A stretch of DNA of 64,000 nt. It comes from Candidatus Bathyarchaeota archaeon. GTDB taxonomy: Archaea > Thermoproteota > Bathyarchaeia > Bathyarchaeales > Bathycorpusculaceae. Numbering within the stretch: the stretch's first letter is position 1; every line of letters begins with the position of its first letter. The position numbers and the translations under genes were made by a program. Positions 12,033 through 23,048 of this stretch are shown here, in pieces. The notes under the pieces are model-generated. The model was given only the letters and a program-made list of their open reading frames with translations. It ran no database searches and was not told where the DNA came from. The stretch lies in assembly GCA_963806535.1 (NCBI GenBank), contig CAWDYC010000003.1, positions 64,001 to 128,000 on the forward strand, written 5' to 3'.

Positions 12033-12136
12033 TTTCCATCTGCCCCAGTTTATCTAAAACCTTCTCAACTTCACTTCTAATTGTGTCTATTCGTTTTTCA
12101 GCTTCTGTTTTAGCAACAGGTCGTTCTTCTGGTGGT

Positions 12137-12763
12137 TTACGCTTCTTTTTCTGTTTTTCCTCGCCTGCTTCTTCCTGCTTCTTCTTCCTCCTCATCCTCC
12201 ATTTTTTCCATTTGCGAAGGCGAAGTTTGAGTAGGTAATTTTATGGGGATTTCTTTTATTGGTTTAACATCGATTTTAGTTCTAAGTTCATCAACTTTAG
12301 AGGTTAATTCTCCGAAGCGTTCACTGAAGAGCTTCATTAAATCTTCCTGCATTCCTTCTAGATCATGCAGAGCCACTATGGTTTCATCTTTCGAAATGGA
12401 TTCTTTAATAGACATCATTCGTGCTTTGTAGCTTGCAGCAAGTTTTTCGCGTTCTTGCTCAGTAATTTTTCCTTCGGCTTGCGCTTCATACAAACGCCGA
12501 ATTGCATCACTTAAAATCTCCCGTTCCAAATCAAGCATCCGCAACTCATCTTTTGCGTTAACAGCGGTCGTTGCTTGAACGCTCTTGGAAATTTTGAATG
12601 GTAAACCAGAATAATCAAGATTCGGATCTTCAGCGGTTTTTTTAGGCTTCTTTGGCTGAGGTTTCCTGCCCATTCTGCGCATGGCATATATAACTACCCC
12701 GACAGCGAAAATTATCACTACTGCAACAGCAACTACAATTATGGGGTCATCGTACCAAGCCAT
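12137..12763 (-). CDS. hypothetical protein with N-terminal TM anchor and coiled coil
   Basis: 208-aa ORF; the acidic C-terminus may continue past a frameshift. Confidence 0.65.
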   Translation of the reverse strand: MAWYDDPIIVVAVAVVIIFAVGVVIYAMRRMGRKPQPKKPKKTAEDPNLDYSGLPFKISKSVQATTAVNAKDELRMLDLEREILSDAIRRLYEAQAEGKITEQEREKLAASYKARMMSIKESISKDETIVALHDLEGMQEDLMKLFSERFGELTSKVDELRTKIDVKPIKEIPIKLPTQTSPSQMEKMEDEEEEEAGRSRRGKTEKEA

Positions 12764-12859
12764 GCCATGTCCTCGGTATCTTGATTATATACAATTAATA
12801 TATAAATTATACAAATTCACTCTTGCTTTTTCTAACTTTTAATCATAAATTAGTTCAGT

Positions 12860-13395
12860 CTAAGATATTTTGACTCTCTTAACCTGTGCTTTTTCGAGAA
12901 TCCCGACAATCGGCAAAGCAATTACAACACCAATTATTCCTCCAGCATGATTACCAAACCTGCCCAAATAGTTAGGGCAAACATCCGGTGAAACAAGAAG
13001 GACAAGTTTACAATACTTGCGGAAACAACGCAGCAACAATAGTTGCTAAAATATCAATTCCTAGTGCTTATGGCTTGAAATTAACTTTATGATGATTAAT
13101 CAAGAAAACTAAATCAAAAGAAATGCGGCAGGTATAAAACCCAATACCGGAAGTGGACCACCGGCAAGCAAACAATTACAGATCCAATAATACTGACTAA
13201 CGATGAGGCACCAAACTGACCCGTTGCCCAGATAACAAGAAGAAGAATGAAGAAAATTATCACGCTATGAATTACTGGCAACCCAGTGAAGTCTAAAGCT
13301 AATCGGCGCTACAGTTAGGTTTAGAACTACCCATAACGCGCTGAAAATACTGATTAATGCGATGTTGACGCTAAAACGGTTCTTGGTTGTTTGCT
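12860..13395 (-). pseudogene. multi-TM membrane protein, ECF S-component-like (multiple frameshifts)
   Basis: Manual translation gives hydrophobic fragments FSALWVVLNLTVAP, IIFFILLLVIWATGQFGASSLVSIIG and AGGIIGVVIALPIVGILEKAQV. Confidence 0.4.
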
Positions 13396-13563
13396 ACCGA
13401 CAAATCAGTAACACTTCTCGCCAATTTAGTAATACCTGAAAATAAAAGCTTTCCCATAACAATCAATGTGGCATAAGCGAATAAATAATTAACCAATAAA
13501 CCATTTACCAAAACGGTAACTAGCAGCTAAACTTAAATCCCAAACCACTACACCAAACCTATT

Positions 13564-13919
13564 GTGAAAGCCATAACAGTAATCGGCGCCATTGCAGCTG
13601 CAATATTATTCTTTTTTGCAATAGTCTTCGCTCTTGGCTGCATCAGTTCAAGCACCAACAACAAGGCTTGTAACAAGTGGCTTACTCTTTCGTTATTGGC
13701 ATTTCAGTAATCATTGGCATCTATTACATTACGCGTAAACCCAAAACGGTAATTCAGCGCCTAGAAGTTTCAGGGCAAATGCAAGCAGCCACTATTAAAT
13801 GCCCCAACTGTGGAGCGTCGATTGATTCTAACCAAATCAAGATTGTTTCAGGTGTACCGTATGTTAAATGCCCATACTGCGGCACAACTTTTGAGGTTAC
13901 TGAGGAACCAAAATGGTAA
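13564..13919 (+). CDS. small membrane protein with C-terminal zinc ribbon (frameshifted)
   Basis: TM segments followed by CPNCG..CPYCG and EEPKW end; its stop overlaps the next start. Confidence 0.7.
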
Positions 13920-15545
13920 AACACATCTACTTTTTAGCCGTTATCTTAGCATTAACTATCGCAATAGCGGCTTCAAGCGCCGTTCATGCCCAGAACATAG
14001 TTTACAGTGTTGACCATCAATGGGCACAGATATTCATAAACCAAGATGGCACCATTGACCTAACTTACAACATAACGTTAACGACTAATTCAGGAGTAAT
14101 TCACGGTTTTTATGTGGGGCAACCAAAAAGTGATTTCACCATAGGCCAAGGACTGCCGTTGATCAATATGGAAACCAACTTCACGTCTCTGATGCCAGCA
14201 GCGGCAGCGACTATAGAGTTGATGTAACCCTAAATCAGCCCTTAACGGCTGGAAACTCCGTCTGGTTCACAGTTACAACCAATGTTGCAGGCATGATAAC
14301 CAATGATACCCAGAACCCAGGCAACTTGGGGATGCAGTTTGCGCCAGAATGGACAGATATACCAATCAACGATGTAAGAGTGCAAATCGTTCTTCCGCCA
14401 GGCGCTACTACAAGCGATGTAAAAACTACTCAGAACTTCTACAACAGCACTTCCACAGTAGAGGGAAGATTAGCTGTTTACTGGGAAATTCCTGTTCTGC
14501 AGGCAAATGAGCAACATATTGTCGGGGTTTCTTTTCCAGCCAAATACTTGCCTAATTATACTCCAGCTCTTCTTCAGGCGGCGGCTTTGGCAATTTAGCA
14601 GGTATTCTTCCGTTAATTGTTTTGCCAATAATTGCAATCATCCTAATAATTGGGGTTGTTCAAGTAGCAAGAAAAAGCTCGTATTCTTCCCCTAAATTAA
14701 GCATGGAAACGCTGGGAGTAAAACGTGGCTTAACCGCTGTTGAAGCATCTTACCTTTTAGATCTAAAGCCGACACAGATTGTTACTGAAATCCTCTACAG
14801 TCTTTTGCAGAAAAGGGCTGTTTGGACAATTGAAACCAAGCCTGCACTTAAACTGCGTATCCTTCCACCCTACGAAAACAAAACAGGCAGCAAAGACAAT
14901 CCACTGCGATATTACGAAATTGATTTCCTCAACGCTCTCAAAGCCGACGGAACATTGGATGAAGAAAAACTTGCTCACACAATCATGTTTCTCCGTGATA
15001 CCACTGAGCAGAAAATGCAGGGTTACAGCCGAAAAGATACCGTTGACTATTACAGAAAAATCGTTACTCAAGCTTGGACACAGGTGGAGCAAGCTGGAAC
15101 GGTTGAATTAGCTTCAAACGCTTACGACGAGCAACTGCTATGGCTTATGCTTGATCCTAACCAGCGGACACGCACAGAAACAATCTTCCAAAACAGACCA
15201 TTCCAGCCAAACCCGCTTTGGTTCTGGTGGTGGTACGGCTACTCAAATTACCATCCAAATCCAACGTACAAACCAAACATTGAAGCACCAGCACAATCAG
15301 CTAAACCTCCAGCTATTCCAGGCGCTGAATTCGCAAACACAATAGCTACCTCAGTCGAAAAAACATCAAACAACATAGTTGTTAATGTAGAAAAATTCGC
15401 TAACTCCATTGTTCCGCCACCGCCAAAAGCATCCCATGACCCAGCTCACCCCAAAGCTGACTGCGTTTGTGCTTGTGCAGCATGTGCCTGTGCTTGCGCT
15501 TGTGTTTCATGTGCTTGTGCATGTGCAGGTGGAGGTGCACATTAA
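13913..15545 (+). CDS. DUF2207-like membrane protein with Cys-rich C-terminal tail (2 frameshifts)
   Basis: Signal peptide, beta-rich extracellular domain (INQDGTIDLTY..VRVQIVLPPG), one TM, then a cytoplasmic domain ending CVCACAACACACACVSCACACAGGGAH. Confidence 0.75.
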
Positions 15546-16890
15546 ATGAGTTTTCTGAATAGAATTCGTAAAACAAAGATTGCCCCGGGACGCTACAGCT
15601 ACCGCGGTGAAGACAAGTTTGCAGGTATGTCTCTTCAACTTAGAGTAGAGCAAGATGGGCAAGGAGTAATGGTGATTAACGGAAATGCCGTCCTTCACTT
15701 AAACCATACAGCAACTGCTTTTGCCTACTTTTTTATGCAGGGACTGTCTCGAGACGAGGTTTTAAAGAAAATAAGACGCATGTACCGTGTTAAAGCTGAT
15801 AAAGCAAAAGAGGATTACGAAAAACTAGTTTATGCAATTAGCACATTAGCTCAAACACATAAAGTTGACCCAGTTTCTTTTCTTGAGATCGAAAAAGAAG
15901 AACCCTTCTCTCACCAATATTCAGCGCCCCTACGCATGGACTTAGCCTTAACTTTTAAGTGCCAAAATGACTGCGTTCACTGTTACGCTGGAGGACCCCA
16001 CGAAACACCAGAGCTAACAACAGCGCAGTGGCAAACAGTAATTGATAAACTCAGTGATATTGGCGTTTTCATCTTTACATTCACGGGCGGAGAACCAACC
16101 TTACGTGAAGACTTACCGGCACTGATTCAGTATGCTCAAAAGAAAGGTATTGTTACGGGGTTAATCACAAACGGGCGAAAACTCAAAGACGCGTCTTTTG
16201 TTAAAACACTTGAAGAGTGCAGGTTTAGACTTTGTACAGGTCACGCTGGAATCTCATAAACCCCAAATTCATGATTTGATAACGGGCAGTAAGGGCAGTT
16301 GGAAAGAAACTGTTGCAGGAATAAGAAATGCGAGCCAATCACAAATGTACGTTTCAACTAACACAACCTTAAACAAACAAAACGAAGCAGATTTTCTCAC
16401 TACAATCGACTTCATTAAAGGACTCGACGTAAATGCTTTCGGCTGCAATAGCCTCATTTACTCAGGAAAAGCTCCCTCTGCAAGCCAAGAGTTTGCATTA
16501 ACCGCTGAAGAATTAAAGAGTCTGCTACCTAAAGTCAGAGACAAAGCTCACTTACTTGGATTAAAATTCCTTTGGTATACGCCAACACAATACTGCAATT
16601 TTGACCCTGTGCAATTAGGCTTAGGCATTAAAGCTTGCACTGCAGCCTTGATTAATGCTTGTGTTGGGCCAAATGGCGACGTTTACCCGTGCCAAAGTTA
16701 CTTTGAAAATTTAGGAAACATTCTTACAGATTCCTGGGAAAAAATTTGGAAAAATCCTTTGGCCGTAAAATTGCGTAGCAGAGGCTACATTGAAGAAAAA
16801 TGTAAGGATTGCGCTCAACTAGATGTTTGCGGTGGAGGATGCCCCTTGGAACTGCAAAACCGAGAACACCAATGTAGCCAAACAGCATAA
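15546..16890 (+). CDS. radical SAM/SPASM protein with N-terminal PqqD-like (RRE) domain (frameshift near 16215)
   Basis: LNHTATAF..EVLKKIRRMYRV RRE-like segment, CQNDCVHC, FTGGEP, and SPASM motif C-x10-G-x4-C..CKDC..CGGGC. Confidence 0.85.
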
Positions 16891-17093
16891 GCTATATTCT
16901 TTTCTCACCGATGGCAAACATGTAGGTATGCTGAAGCTTTGGAAAAACCTTTGAAGCAAGATAAACGAAACTACTAAAATAAATCCGAGTTCAACCGCGA
17001 CGACAATTAGTTTATGCAGACCTTCTCAGCCTATTTTTCTCTAATGTTTTCAAAAATAAAAAAAAGAAAAAAGGATGTTTAGTTATACAATTT

Positions 17094-19877
17094 TTACGGG
17101 TGTTTTCTGAGTATAAGCAAACCGACGATAGCTACGGCAATGATTATAGCGATAACTCCGGCGACTAGGTACAACATTAAGTTGTTTACTAGGTCTGACG
17201 TTGCTAAGTTTGTTTGAGGTGTAGCTGTTGCTGTTGCTTGTGGACTAGCAGCGATAAATGATGTTTCAGCGAAAGAACCATAATATGATTTTGTGCCTGC
17301 AAAGTTGGCTATGACTGTGTAGTTGCCTGGTATGTCGGGTGTCCAACTCATAGTGAACATGCCGCTTGCATCGCTTGTAGTTGTGCCGATTGCTCTGAAG
17401 TTGTTGTTTGAGTCAATAACATTGATGGTTATTGGAACTCCTGTTGTGTTTGCTGGTGCTGGTTGTTGCTGGTATACATATTCCATCCAGTGGCTCATGC
17501 TTTGATCAGAGACTGCTGGAAGTCCATTGGGGAAGTTTTTCTTGACTGCGTCTTGAGATGCACCTGCGGATACATCGGTGATTGTTCCTCTGATAGTTAT
17601 GGGTGTAGCTGTTGTAACTCCTACATTGGGCGCTTCAACCGTTGTTTGAGTTGGGCCTTTTGCGAATGCGTAGATCAGGTTGTCATATGCGCTGTTTGAA
17701 ACTAGAATTCCGTCGGCAATTGCCAGACCTCTGGTATGGAAACCGAGTTCTGACCAGACTAAGCTTCCGTCTGTCATGTTGATTGCTAATAGTTGTGCAC
17801 CATGGAATAGCGGCGGGTTATATTCGTGACCGATTCCGGCGTATTCTATGTCAGATGATTGGGCTTGGCTTGAGAAAACCCATAATGGCCATGTGCCATA
17901 TGGAGTTTCGATCCCTGGGTCGCCTACCCAAATATTTGTGTTTTTAGCCCATACTTGTACTCCAGTTGTTGCATTGACTGCAAATATGTCTCCTCCGAAG
18001 CCGAGAACAAGTACTAGGCCATCAGCATATTGAGCCTTGAAGTTAAAGACGTCATATGGATTGATGGTGTAGCCAGTGGGGCCTAAAAGTTGAGTTTCCC
18101 AAAGTTTGGCGCCTGTTCTTGCATCGAAGCATATGCCTTTCCAGTTTAAGCCGTCGAAAACAAACATCTTTCCTTCGCCCCAAGTATAGGTTAACCTTGT
18201 ATTTGGTTGAAGCACTGTTGTGTCAGCCTGTGTTATGTTTCTAGCGAATAATACGTGGCCATCAACTGCATCCATGCCTGCTATTTCAAGAAAGCCTGAT
18301 TGCTCTCCTCCAACTCCTTGCCCATGAGTAAATCCAGCTGTCAAAGCAACATCGTATTCAGTTACACTGTTTATTGCGAAGTTGGGTGTTGCAGGGGTGC
18401 CTGAGACAATTGGGACGCCTGAGATGTTAGTTGGCATGTCAACTGCGAATTGAAGTCCTTGTCTCCAGTCAATTACGAGGTTTCTGTTGGGCTGGAAGTT
18501 TAGGGAGGTTCCTGATCCCTGAATTAGAGCTGTTGAGAAGTTGAAGCATTCTAAGTGTGGTCCAGTAGTTATTGCTGGTTGACTTTGATAGAATAGTCCT
18601 GCAAAACTGCCGCCTCCTCCTCCTGAAGTTGGATAGACAGTTTCTCTGCCAGCAGTGTTGTTAATGTAGTAGCCTACTAGTCCGCCTTGATCATCAGTTG
18701 AAAGTGTTAAGCCTGTGCCGTTGACTATGCTAAGTACGTATCTTCCAGTTGTGGCGTCATACATGTTCCATTGTGTTGTTGCACCAGTGTGGTAAGTTGA
18801 TTGAATATCAACTCCTCCAGTGTCTTGTGCAGGAAGAGTGCCAGTTCCTCCAGCGAAGGCGCCACCGGCGCTTGTCCAAAGCCATGGACCGACGACACCG
18901 TATTGATTGGGGTTCTTATATTGGAACATCATTCCGCAACGCAACGGGTTGGTGGTATTTATTACGAAAAGTTGTTGTCCAGTAAATAGGTTCACTGCTA
19001 CAATACCATTGCAAGCGCCAGTACTTAGACCCGTAGTATATTGTGTTGAGTATAATACACCGTTCATTACTACTGGTGCAAAGTTTGGGCTATACTGTCT
19101 TGTTGTCCAGAAGTTGCTGCTTTCGGATCCACCGTAGTCTCCTCCAGGAATACCGCCTGGTCCCCAAGGTAGAGTCCAGATGACGTGTCCGCTGTAGACA
19201 GATTCAGTGTATGGGTTGCAATACGTGCTACAGTTGTATGATCCAGTTGTAGAAAAACTGTTTGCAGATAGTCCAAGCCATGGTCCTGTTATAGAATACC
19301 AATTTTGAATGTTCTCAGCGTTAGCGGGAGTTTCCCACCATGATGTTGGAAGTGGCGTAATTGGGAAGCTGCTGCGGGATACTGGTTCTGTTTGGACTAA
19401 TAGTGTGATTGTGGGGCTTGTACTCGGATCTTCTATGACTCCGCCATAGCCTGGGAAAGGTGACGTTGAGTTTGCTCCTGTCAGAGTTTGTCCTGGATAT
19501 TTCCAGAATAACGTGTAGTTGCCTGTCTGGTCTGGAACGAATGTTGTGTACGTTCCTCCGGTTGCGTCAGCTGTGAATGGTCCATAGGTTGTTTGTTTTT
19601 CGGTGGGGTCGGTTATGTAAAGTGTGTAATTCATTCCTCTGTCGGTATTTACGTTGTTTCCACTTGTAAGCAGAGGTACTGCAAGGTACATGTTGACGGT
19701 GACTGTTTGGCCGATGCCTGCTGGGTTTGGAGCGACGTTTATTTGAGCGTATGTTGATGCGTGTGAGCCTGGTGGCGGATATACTTGTGCCATTGTTGGT
19801 CGTACTGAGACTGCTATAGAAATTAGCATAAGCGTTGCAAATAAAATCGCGATAGTTTTTGCATTTATTTTTTTCAT
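17094..19877 (-). CDS. PQQ-like beta-propeller cell-surface protein (Bathyarchaeia-type)
   Basis: Signal peptide, PNPAGIGQTV, WQQ/PQQ-type repeats, PAVSDQSMSHWMEYVYQQQP, Ig-like domain and C-terminal TM. Confidence 0.85.
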   Translation of the reverse strand: MKKINAKTIAILFATLMLISIAVSVRPTMAQVYPPPGSHASTYAQINVAPNPAGIGQTVTVNMYLAVPLLTSGNNVNTDRGMNYTLYITDPTEKQTTYGPFTADATGGTYTTFVPDQTGNYTLFWKYPGQTLTGANSTSPFPGYGGVIEDPSTSPTITLLVQTEPVSRSSFPITPLPTSWWETPANAENIQNWYSITGPWLGLSANSFSTTGSYNCSTYCNPYTESVYSGHVIWTLPWGPGGIPGGDYGGSESSNFWTTRQYSPNFAPVVMNGVLYSTQYTTGLSTGACNGIVAVNLFTGQQLFVINTTNPLRCGMMFQYKNPNQYGVVGPWLWTSAGGAFAGGTGTLPAQDTGGVDIQSTYHTGATTQWNMYDATTGRYVLSIVNGTGLTLSTDDQGGLVGYYINNTAGRETVYPTSGGGGGSFAGLFYQSQPAITTGPHLECFNFSTALIQGSGTSLNFQPNRNLVIDWRQGLQFAVDMPTNISGVPIVSGTPATPNFAINSVTEYDVALTAGFTHGQGVGGEQSGFLEIAGMDAVDGHVLFARNITQADTTVLQPNTRLTYTWGEGKMFVFDGLNWKGICFDARTGAKLWETQLLGPTGYTINPYDVFNFKAQYADGLVLVLGFGGDIFAVNATTGVQVWAKNTNIWVGDPGIETPYGTWPLWVFSSQAQSSDIEYAGIGHEYNPPLFHGAQLLAINMTDGSLVWSELGFHTRGLAIADGILVSNSAYDNLIYAFAKGPTQTTVEAPNVGVTTATPITIRGTITDVSAGASQDAVKKNFPNGLPAVSDQSMSHWMEYVYQQQPAPANTTGVPITINVIDSNNNFRAIGTTTSDASGMFTMSWTPDIPGNYTVIANFAGTKSYYGSFAETSFIAASPQATATATPQTNLATSDLVNNLMLYLVAGVIAIIIAVAIVGLLILRKHP

Positions 19878-20116
19878 TTTTTTAGTTCTCCTTCAATTTT
19901 ATAATTTGTTTGAACGAAAGCGATATCATCGCTCTCGCTCTTAGGCTAAAGTTAAACTCAAACTAAAAAAACTTGTGTTTAAAGCGCGCGTTAGAAACTC
20001 CTTTTCCAGACCTCTGATTAGAAGCAGTTTTTCTATTGAGGACAAACAAAACTTATCTTTAGCAAGTTACCAATTCCTTCATAGACAAAACAGCATATTT
20101 GCGAGTACAGAGAGAA

Positions 20117-21355
20117 ATGGATGATATAGAGAAAACGAGACTTGTAATTTTTGACGTTGAAGGAGTGCTCATCCCAAAAAACCGCTTTGTTTTTGCTATA
20201 GGAAGAAGCTTAGGCTTTACCAAGTTAATTAAACTACTATTTTGGGGTTTTCTCTATGAATCAGGCTTTATGAAGCTGAGTTCAGCGTTAAGGCATGTTT
20301 TTAAAGAATTGAAAGGTGTAGAATTGGAAACACTAATGACTATTTTTGACAAAATTCCTTCAACGCCTTTTCTGCAAAACATTTTTTCTCAAATTAAAGT
20401 TAGAAATTGCAAGATTGCATTAATTAGTTCTGGATTGCCGACGATTGTTGTTAAAAAATTAGCTGATGCAGTCGGCGCAGAATATTCATACGGTATTGAA
20501 GTGGAGACTAAAGATAACAAGTTAACTGGCGAAATCACAGGTGACGCAATCGAAGCAAGTGGCAAACTGAAGATTTTATGTCATATTTTAGAAGAAGAAA
20601 AATTGAGTATAAATGATACCATCGTGGTTGCTGATGATAGAAACAACCGTTGCATTTTTCTTCCCGGAACCTTAAAAATTGGCTTTAACCCTGACTTTAT
20701 CATAAGGGTGAAAGCTGACAGAGTAGTGAATGGACGACTTTCCGGAATCTTGCCTATAATTGATGGTAAAGAACATAAACGTTCTTTTCCCTCGAGAAAT
20801 GATTTTGTAAGAGAAGACATTCACGCCTCCGGATTCTTTATGCCTGTTATTGCCAGTCTAATAGGAGTCCCAGCAGTGGGCACGCTAATTTTCGCAATAG
20901 CACTCATGTATACAGTTTCTGAACTTTGGCGTTTGGAGGGAAGAGAATTGCCCTTGATTTCTGCAATTACACGACATGCTGCCTCTCAATCAGAACTGCG
21001 CGGTTTTGCGGCTGCACCATTGTACTTTGCATTTGGCATTTTATTCACTTTAGTCTTATTTCCTCATCCTGCAAGTTACGCTGCAATTGCCATGTTTTGT
21101 TTAGGTGACGCTACTGCTTCGCTCTTCGGAGGCCTGATCTCGACATCGTTGCCATTTAACAAAGGAAAAACATGGGAAGGCTCCTTAGCAGGATTCGTTC
21201 TGGCGTTTTTAGCCGGCACCTTTTTTGTTTCGCCAATATTTGCCCTAGTTGGCGCAGCAATAGCAATGACGATTGAAGTTCTTCCATTACCAATAAATGA
21301 CAATGTACTCGTGCCAGTGATTACGGGTGCAGCATTAACAGTGTTTATCCACTAA
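20117..21355 (+). CDS. fusion of SerB-like HAD phosphatase and dolichol/phytol kinase (CTP-transferase family) domain
   Basis: N-terminal FDVEGVL, ISSG and VADDRNN; C-terminal GDATASLFG..KGKTWEGSLAGF..INDNVLVP. Confidence 0.8.
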   Translation: MDDIEKTRLVIFDVEGVLIPKNRFVFAIGRSLGFTKLIKLLFWGFLYESGFMKLSSALRHVFKELKGVELETLMTIFDKIPSTPFLQNIFSQIKVRNCKIALISSGLPTIVVKKLADAVGAEYSYGIEVETKDNKLTGEITGDAIEASGKLKILCHILEEEKLSINDTIVVADDRNNRCIFLPGTLKIGFNPDFIIRVKADRVVNGRLSGILPIIDGKEHKRSFPSRNDFVREDIHASGFFMPVIASLIGVPAVGTLIFAIALMYTVSELWRLEGRELPLISAITRHAASQSELRGFAAAPLYFAFGILFTLVLFPHPASYAAIAMFCLGDATASLFGGLISTSLPFNKGKTWEGSLAGFVLAFLAGTFFVSPIFALVGAAIAMTIEVLPLPINDNVLVPVITGAALTVFIH

Positions 21356-21357
21356 AG

Positions 21358-21845
21358 TTCTAACGAAACTATCACTTTTAGATAATCTTTCACAAAGAAT
21401 TTTTTGCCTTTTTGAATAACCACATGTCCCTCATGCTTCAAAAGCCGCTTTTGCTCTTATGTTCCGCCTGGGTATTTCTCATTTAACAATCCACCGTTTT
21501 TAGAGTTCACCGATAAGGAGTAATGCTGGTTGCTACTTGATGTTTCTGTTCTTCGGCAGCGTTAGCTGAGATCCATGCGAAAATTCCTGTAGTCAAGGGG
21601 CAACCGATTGTTGCATGATGTTTGGCTGCAAGGGCTAAGTGGATCTCGTTGATTGTTATCAATTTTCCCGTGGCACCTTTTCATTAATTCATCAACTTCT
21701 ATTGGTGCAGGAATTACTAAGGTGTCTGTGCCCTGCTTTTTGCTCATCTTTCCAGTAAGTTCTTCAACTTTGGGGTAACCTTTGCTGTCTACTATTTTTT
21801 CTTGCCAGGCAGGTTTCTTTTTTGGCTTAAAACGACCAAGAACAT
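21358..21845 (-). pseudogene. MGMT/ATL-family DNA-binding protein (several frameshifts)
   Basis: Fragments PAPIEVDELMK, GCPLTTGIFAWI and LKNGGLLNEKYPGG; boundaries approximate. Confidence 0.6.
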
Positions 21846-21881
21846 TATTGTTGAGGATTTTAACGAAAGTTTCTAAAAGAG

Positions 21882-22136
21882 TTATTTCCTGTTTTGTGAA
21901 TTAGCAAGGTCATGTTTTTGTTGATGGCTCAGCTTTTTAATTTCCCTTTCACGCTTCATCGCTTTACCACGCGTATCAAACACTTCAACATAAACTACTT
22001 TTTGCGGTTTATGAGCCATTGTGTATTTTGCCCCTTTGCCGTTTTCATGCTGTTTAGTTCTTGCATCCAAATCTTTAGTGTATCCAGTGTAGAAGCTGCC
22101 GTCACCGCATAGTAAAATGTAAACGTAAAAGGACAA
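21882..22136 (-). CDS. GIY-YIG nuclease (UPF0213/YhbQ)
   Basis: YVYILLCGDGSFYTGYT..HENGKGAKYT..REREIKK. Confidence 0.9.
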   Translation of the reverse strand: MSFYVYILLCGDGSFYTGYTKDLDARTKQHENGKGAKYTMAHKPQKVVYVEVFDTRGKAMKREREIKKLSHQQKHDLANSQNRK

Positions 22137-22145
22137 TATGGCTTA

Positions 22146-22823
22146 CTACTCCTTTGTTTCTGGCGGCAAATAGTCGTAGACTATGCCTTTTTGTATGGCT
22201 CTTTTCAGGTAGGTTTCAGGATCGATTTCTTGCACTTTAGCATGGTCTACATCAACAATGTAGATTTCATGTATTCGCGCATTCCTAATTTCTTCAATGG
22301 TTACGGCTGGTTTCTGATAGTAAGCGTCACAAAGGTGTTTTATCTGCAAAATCTCCCAATCAACACGATTTCTCGGCGGCTTAGCCAATGCCTGAGGAAA
22401 AGGCAATATATAATGTGGAGGCACCCCTAAAGCAAATTTTCCAGCAAAACTACTGTAACGTATTATTTTGCTTGCTAGCCGAGCTGAAGTATAAGTTAGT
22501 GGTGCCAACGCGTTTTCTGGAGGAATAAAACCTGTTTCTATTTCAACAATGAGATTGCCCAATCCTTTTATGGAGTATAAATCGCAAGTTAAAAGTTCAT
22601 TTAATGGGTACTCAAGCTGAACTTCATATCCTTTTTGAATGAGATATTTAGCGCATACAAGTTCCATGACAGAATGATTGATTTTTATAACGTTTGCCTT
22701 TTGCAGTTTCAGCAGCCAATCTTTCAGTATATTAAGTTTGTTTTCTACATCTTTTTCACTATCTTTCGTAAGTCTGGACAGCAAAACTGTTAAATCTTGC
22801 TCAAACTTTTGCCTGTTACTCAT
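22146..22823 (-). CDS. conserved archaeal hypothetical protein, PD-(D/E)XK-like
   Basis: E..CDLYS..VEIETG pattern; intact 225-aa ORF. Confidence 0.6.
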   Translation of the reverse strand: MSNRQKFEQDLTVLLSRLTKDSEKDVENKLNILKDWLLKLQKANVIKINHSVMELVCAKYLIQKGYEVQLEYPLNELLTCDLYSIKGLGNLIVEIETGFIPPENALAPLTYTSARLASKIIRYSSFAGKFALGVPPHYILPFPQALAKPPRNRVDWEILQIKHLCDAYYQKPAVTIEEIRNARIHEIYIVDVDHAKVQEIDPETYLKRAIQKGIVYDYLPPETKE

Positions 22824-23048
22824 TCTTGTTTTCCTTGTGAATTAGCTGGCAACCATTAACTAATTGGTTTAACAATATATAAAGCCTGAAAAGCGTTTTC
22901 CAAATATATGTATCTGATACGCGTGCCCCCCATTAACTATACATTTGCTAAGATTCAGATTTTGAGGAAAGTTTTCGACAATAAAAACAGAACAAAGCGA
23001 CTAATCAAAGGAAAATCCTTATTTGATTGTTGAAATCTGCTTCTAAAA

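Noticed and set aside
15455-15545. TGTGC microsatellite-like repeat
   Set aside because: It is the coding sequence of the Cys-Ala tail, with synonymous variation (TGT/TGC, GCT/GCA/GCC), so selection acts at the protein level.
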